Source: Pseudomonadota bacterium
GTDB taxonomy: Bacteria > Myxococcota > JACRCW01 > JAFGSX01
Direction: 5' to 3'
DNA length: 64,000 bases
NCBI GenBank assembly: GCA_043821645.1
Contig: JBDRCO010000023.1
Span: 64,001-128,000, forward strand
Below are positions 60,289 to 64,000 of the stretch, one piece after another. A model generated the notes under the pieces. The model was not told the origin of the DNA and searched no databases. It saw nothing but the letters and a program-made list of their open reading frames with translations. Both the position numbers and the translations under genes were made by a program. How positions within the stretch are numbered: the first letter of the stretch is position 1; every line of letters starts with the position of its first letter.

Positions 60289-61092
60289 ATGCCAGGCATG
60301 GACGAACGGCAGAAGGCACTGGGCCAGGCACTGGTCAAGGCCACCAAGATGACCGAGCTCGGCGACGTCCTCAAGGGGCCCGAGCTGCTGTTTCTGTTCT
60401 CCAAAAAATTCAAGCAGCTCTATTCGGAGGACATCCTCAATCTCGAGCTGCTGTACCAGGAACTGCGCACGACCAAGGGTGTCGAGCTGGAGGTGCTGCA
60501 GGGATTCATGCTGTGGTTCAAGGATCAGGAAGGGAGTCTCAACGTTGGCATGCAGTTGCCCGCCGACCTCCTGATCATGAAGCCCGACAAGAAAGCGGCC
60601 CTCAAGAGCAAGATCTCCAAGCAGGTGGAGCAGCGGCTCGCGCTCAGCAGACCCGAAGCTCCCGTCCAGGCCCAGAAGGCCGAGAAGATCGTCTTCTCGG
60701 GGAGCGGGAAAAAATCGAGGTTCAGGCCCATTGGCGTGGCGATCGTGGGCATCCTGGCGCTCGCCTCGGTCTTCATCAACATCCAGCAGCGCATTCCTCC
60801 AAAACCAGAGCTCATACCGGTCACCGAAATCGATCTGGCGGCGCTCGGGCTGCCCGGCACGCTGAACCACAAGCAAGAGATTTACGTGCTCAAGGTGCCG
60901 CGCACCGATTGGGACCTGATCCCCAGGGAGCTGCAGAAGACCCGTCTGCGAGCGCTGCAGGCCTCCCTCGTCGGACTGGGTTTGGAGATCATCGTGGTCA
61001 CGGACGCCGTGACCTGGCGGACCCTGGTTGTCGGCGGCACGAACGACCTGGTGTTCCTGGCGAGCACTGGAGATGGATCCACCGGTCCCTAG
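60289..61092 (+). CDS. Hypothetical single-pass membrane protein
   Basis: GGAGG RBS; Lys/Leu-rich N-domain; one TM (PIGVAIVGILALASVFI); C-terminal domain. Confidence 0.7.
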   Translation: MPGMDERQKALGQALVKATKMTELGDVLKGPELLFLFSKKFKQLYSEDILNLELLYQELRTTKGVELEVLQGFMLWFKDQEGSLNVGMQLPADLLIMKPDKKAALKSKISKQVEQRLALSRPEAPVQAQKAEKIVFSGSGKKSRFRPIGVAIVGILALASVFINIQQRIPPKPELIPVTEIDLAALGLPGTLNHKQEIYVLKVPRTDWDLIPRELQKTRLRALQASLVGLGLEIIVVTDAVTWRTLVVGGTNDLVFLASTGDGSTGP

Positions 61093-62885
61093 ATCAGCGC
61101 GCGCGGGATCAGAGGCAAGACCCGCTGTTCGAGCACGGCCTCGGTATCCTTGACCGTGGGCAGCCGCAGCAGCTCGTCGACCAGCTGGGTACAGATCTCA
61201 ACCTGCAAGTTTCGAATGACGCTCTTGATGCGCGGCACCGCCAGTGCATGCATGGACAGCTCGCGAAATCCAAGGCCGATCAAGATGGGTGCGTACATGG
61301 GTTCACTGGCCATCTCGCCGCACACGGCCAGCCCGATCCCGGCCTGGGACGCCGCGGTCGCGACACTCCTGAGGGCGCGCAGCACGGAGGTGTGCAAAGG
61401 ACGGTACAGGTAGGCGACCTGGTCGTTGCCCCGATCTGCAGCCAGGATGTACTGCACGAGGTCGTTGGTGCCGACCGAGAAGAAGTCCACCTCGCGAGCC
61501 AGCAGGTCGGCCACCCACACCGCCGAGGGCACCTCGATCATGATGCCCACTGGCACCTTCTCGTCAAAGGGGACACCCTCGCTGCGCAATTGCATCCGGG
61601 TTTGCTCGAGCAGGTCCAGCGCCTCGCGCAGCTCGCCGACACCCGAGATCATGGGGAGCAAGACCCGCACCGGTCCGTGGGCACTGGCCTCGAGGATCCC
61701 TCGAAGTTGATCCATGAACATGGCGTGTTCGCTCAGGGCGTAGCGGATGGCCCGCAGTCCCAGGGCCGGGTTGGCCTCGTGGGGCATGGGGCGCGCGCCA
61801 TGGACCTTGTCACCGCCCATGTCGAAAGTGCGGATGGTCAGCGGCCGTCCCGCGAGATGAGAGATGACGTCGATATAGGCATCCCGATGCGCGCTCGCAC
61901 CCGGGAGTTCGCCGCGCATGAACAGGAATTCGGTGCGCAGCAGGCCCACCCCCTCGACGCCGTGGTGGAGGAGCGACTCCAGTTCTTCACCCAGCTCGAC
62001 GTTGGCCATCAGTGTGACCGGCTCGCCGCAGGCTGTCTCCGTGGGCAGGTACAGATCCCGGTGTAGCTCTTCATCGATGCGGGCGCGCTCCCGGGCCACC
62101 GAGCGGTAGCGCGACAGCACCAGCCGGCCCGGGTGCAGCACGACCTCGCCACTGGAACCGTCCAGGGCAATGATGTCGTTCTGACCCGCGATATCGGCCA
62201 CGTTTCCCGCCGCCACGACGGCGGGAAGCCCGAGGGCACGCGCGAGGATGGCAGTGTGCGAGGTGCGGGCCCCGGCATCCGTGACGAAGCCCACGAGGTG
62301 GTGGCGGATCAGATGCAAGGTGTCCGTGGGACTCAGCTCGTGGGCCACCACGACGGCGTTCTCGGGCACCTCGCGCTCGAGGTCGTCCTGGTCCCCGGAC
62401 AGGGCGCGCAGGATGCGATCGCCCACGAAGTCGATATCGGATCGCCGCTCGCGGAAGTAGTTATCTGCCAGCTCATCGAGCAGGCTGCGGATGTCGCGGA
62501 TGGTGAGTCGGAGCGCCCACTCCGCGCACAGATGCTCGCGCTGGATGCGTGCCGTGGTGCCATCGATGAGCATGGGGTCGCGCAGCATCAGGCGATGGGC
62601 GTCGAGAATGGAAAGGGGCTCGCTCGAGGTCTGGGGTTCCACATCGAGAGCGCCCGGGCGCCGACCACGTTCCTCGATGGTGGCACGGAGTCGCGCGGCC
62701 AGCTCCTCGAGCTGCCCCTCGCTGGCCAGCACCGCGTCGAGAAAGCGCTGGAGTTCCTTCTCGACCTGGCGCGGTCCGATCCGCTGCTTGACGAAGCTGA
62801 CGCGGCGGCGGTCCACCAGAAAGACGCGCCCGATGCCGATGCCCGGAGCCGCACCGACGCCATGAAAGACTGTCCTGCGCGTCAC
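61089..62885 (-). CDS. ptsI: PEP-protein phosphotransferase (PTS enzyme I)
   Basis: RTSHTAILAR, GVGLLRTEF, EANPALGLRAIR, GTNDLVQY, CGEMA. Confidence 0.96.
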   Translation of the reverse strand: MTRRTVFHGVGAAPGIGIGRVFLVDRRRVSFVKQRIGPRQVEKELQRFLDAVLASEGQLEELAARLRATIEERGRRPGALDVEPQTSSEPLSILDAHRLMLRDPMLIDGTTARIQREHLCAEWALRLTIRDIRSLLDELADNYFRERRSDIDFVGDRILRALSGDQDDLEREVPENAVVVAHELSPTDTLHLIRHHLVGFVTDAGARTSHTAILARALGLPAVVAAGNVADIAGQNDIIALDGSSGEVVLHPGRLVLSRYRSVARERARIDEELHRDLYLPTETACGEPVTLMANVELGEELESLLHHGVEGVGLLRTEFLFMRGELPGASAHRDAYIDVISHLAGRPLTIRTFDMGGDKVHGARPMPHEANPALGLRAIRYALSEHAMFMDQLRGILEASAHGPVRVLLPMISGVGELREALDLLEQTRMQLRSEGVPFDEKVPVGIMIEVPSAVWVADLLAREVDFFSVGTNDLVQYILAADRGNDQVAYLYRPLHTSVLRALRSVATAASQAGIGLAVCGEMASEPMYAPILIGLGFRELSMHALAVPRIKSVIRNLQVEICTQLVDELLRLPTVKDTEAVLEQRVLPLIPRALI

Positions 62886-62887
62886 GA

Positions 62888-63184
62888 CTAGCGGCCTTCT
62901 CCGAAGCGGTTTCGTACCAGGCTTTCGATCGCATCCAGCAGCGCCTCGCGATCGGCTGCGTCGGCACCCACGGCCCGCATCTCGATGTTGGAGCCCTGGC
63001 TGGCGGCCAACATCAGCACACCCATGATGCTCTTGCCATTGACCTCGAGGTCATCGCGGCGCACGAAGAGATCACAGGCATGGCGATTGGCGATCTGCAC
63101 CAGCTGGGCCGCCGCGCGGGCATGCAGCCCCAGTTCGTTGATGATGGTCATCGTCCTGCGGCTCTCGGTCTCGATCTCTGCCAT
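62888..63184 (-). CDS. ptsH: Phosphocarrier protein HPr
   Basis: GLHARAAA (His15) and NGKSIMGVLML (Ser46). Confidence 0.96.
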   Translation of the reverse strand: MAEIETESRRTMTIINELGLHARAAAQLVQIANRHACDLFVRRDDLEVNGKSIMGVLMLAASQGSNIEMRAVGADAADREALLDAIESLVRNRFGEGR

Positions 63185-63242
63185 TCACCCGACTCCTTCC
63201 CCCGGGTGCGTGCGACACTCTGGCGACGGTCAGCCGCCAGCG

Positions 63243-63665
63243 TCAACTCGCCTTGGTTTCGCCGCTCTCGCCGAGCAACTCGCCCGCGATCACCACGTTC
63301 TTGCGTCCGCTGGCAGCCGTGCTTTGCGCCAGAGCCGCCAGGGACTCCACGCGCGCGCGCTGGTTGAGGGCATGCAGGAGCATGGGCATGTTGACGCCGC
63401 TGACCACCTCGACCCGGGTGGGCTCCAGCAAGGTCAGGCTGACGTTGGAGGGTGTCCCGCCGAACATGTCCGTCAATACCAGGACGCCAGAGTTCTCGCC
63501 GAGCTCGGTCATCGCGTCGCGAATGCGCTGCAGGGCCTCATCATGGTTGTCATTCGCGTTGATGGTGACCGCTCGCACCCCCTCCACCTGGCCGAGGATG
63601 CTCTCCGCGCAGCGCAGCAGGGCCGCACCAACATCCCCGTGGGTGACGATCAGGATACCGTGCAT
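63243..63665 (-). CDS. PTS EIIA component, mannose/fructose family
   Basis: ILIVTHG, LTDMFGGTPSN, SGVNMPML. Confidence 0.93.
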   Translation of the reverse strand: MHGILIVTHGDVGAALLRCAESILGQVEGVRAVTINANDNHDEALQRIRDAMTELGENSGVLVLTDMFGGTPSNVSLTLLEPTRVEVVSGVNMPMLLHALNQRARVESLAALAQSTAASGRKNVVIAGELLGESGETKAS

Positions 63666-63789
63666 GGTCTTCGTGCCTCGCTCTGCATCTTGGCTCAGGA
63701 TGGCGTGGGTTTCAACGAGGGAACCGGCCTCGACGTGAGGTCCTCACTCCCGGTCCGTACCACGGCCCGGCTCTGCCCCGGCCGCTTCG

Positions 63790-64000
63790 CTACCCATCGG
63801 TCGCTTGCGGCGCCAGGCCGCCTCCGGGTTCAAGCTCCCGGATCCGCACCGGAACGGAGCCCGCCCGCAGCTCCTGGACCAGGGTCCGTGCGAGCTGCAG
63901 AGCTGATCCCTGGCCGTCCGCATTGCCGATGCCCACGCTGAGATAGGCCCTGCCCTCCCGCTGCGCCCTGGGGTGCAGGAATCCGAGCAAGCCGGCCAGA
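63790..64000 (-). CDS. C-terminal part of a RapZ-like protein (truncated by window edge)
   Basis: REGRAYLSVGIG..RELE resembles the RapZ C-terminus (EGKSYLTIAIGCTGGxHRS..HRD); position upstream of EIIA-HPr-EI. Confidence 0.55.
   Translation of the reverse strand, partial: LAGLLGFLHPRAQREGRAYLSVGIGNADGQGSALQLARTLVQELRAGSVPVRIRELEPGGGLAPQATDG

Noticed and set aside
58539-60876. ORF-track 523-aa and 520-aa products as LarB/LarE fusions
   Set aside because: The N-terminal extensions are open frames overlapping neighbouring genes; homology begins at 59324 and ~60180

Overview
GC-rich chromosomal segment, most likely from a Myxococcota-type deltaproteobacterium. That assignment is inferred from a myxococcal-type PilZ protein, several FHA and Ser/Thr kinase proteins and long Cys-rich lipoproteins. 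Housekeeping genes recognised: mutL, ftsE-ftsX-envC, rmuC, thyA, folA, recA, uppP, metK, larE-larB, a partial rapZ-like gene with EIIA-ptsH-ptsI, tRNA-Gln(CTG) and the 3' end of a probable tRNA-Phe. No mobile element, CRISPR array or rRNA was seen. The most unusual loci are: (1) a ~1650-aa protein with an N-terminal GDPH autocleavage (MIIA/DUF1521-like) domain and 12 tandem 101-aa helical repeats carrying an HMG-box-like motif, behind an AT-rich leader; (2) four translationally coupled microcompartment vertex (EutN/CcmL) genes plus a CoA-binding protein, with no other shell genes in the window; (3) an MshEN-Ser/Thr kinase fusion coupled to a PilZ protein; (4) a circularly permuted SpoIVB-type protease paired with a beta-propeller protein. 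All family calls come from motifs recognised by eye, and no database search was run. Several start codons were moved from the ORF track on RBS or homology grounds.
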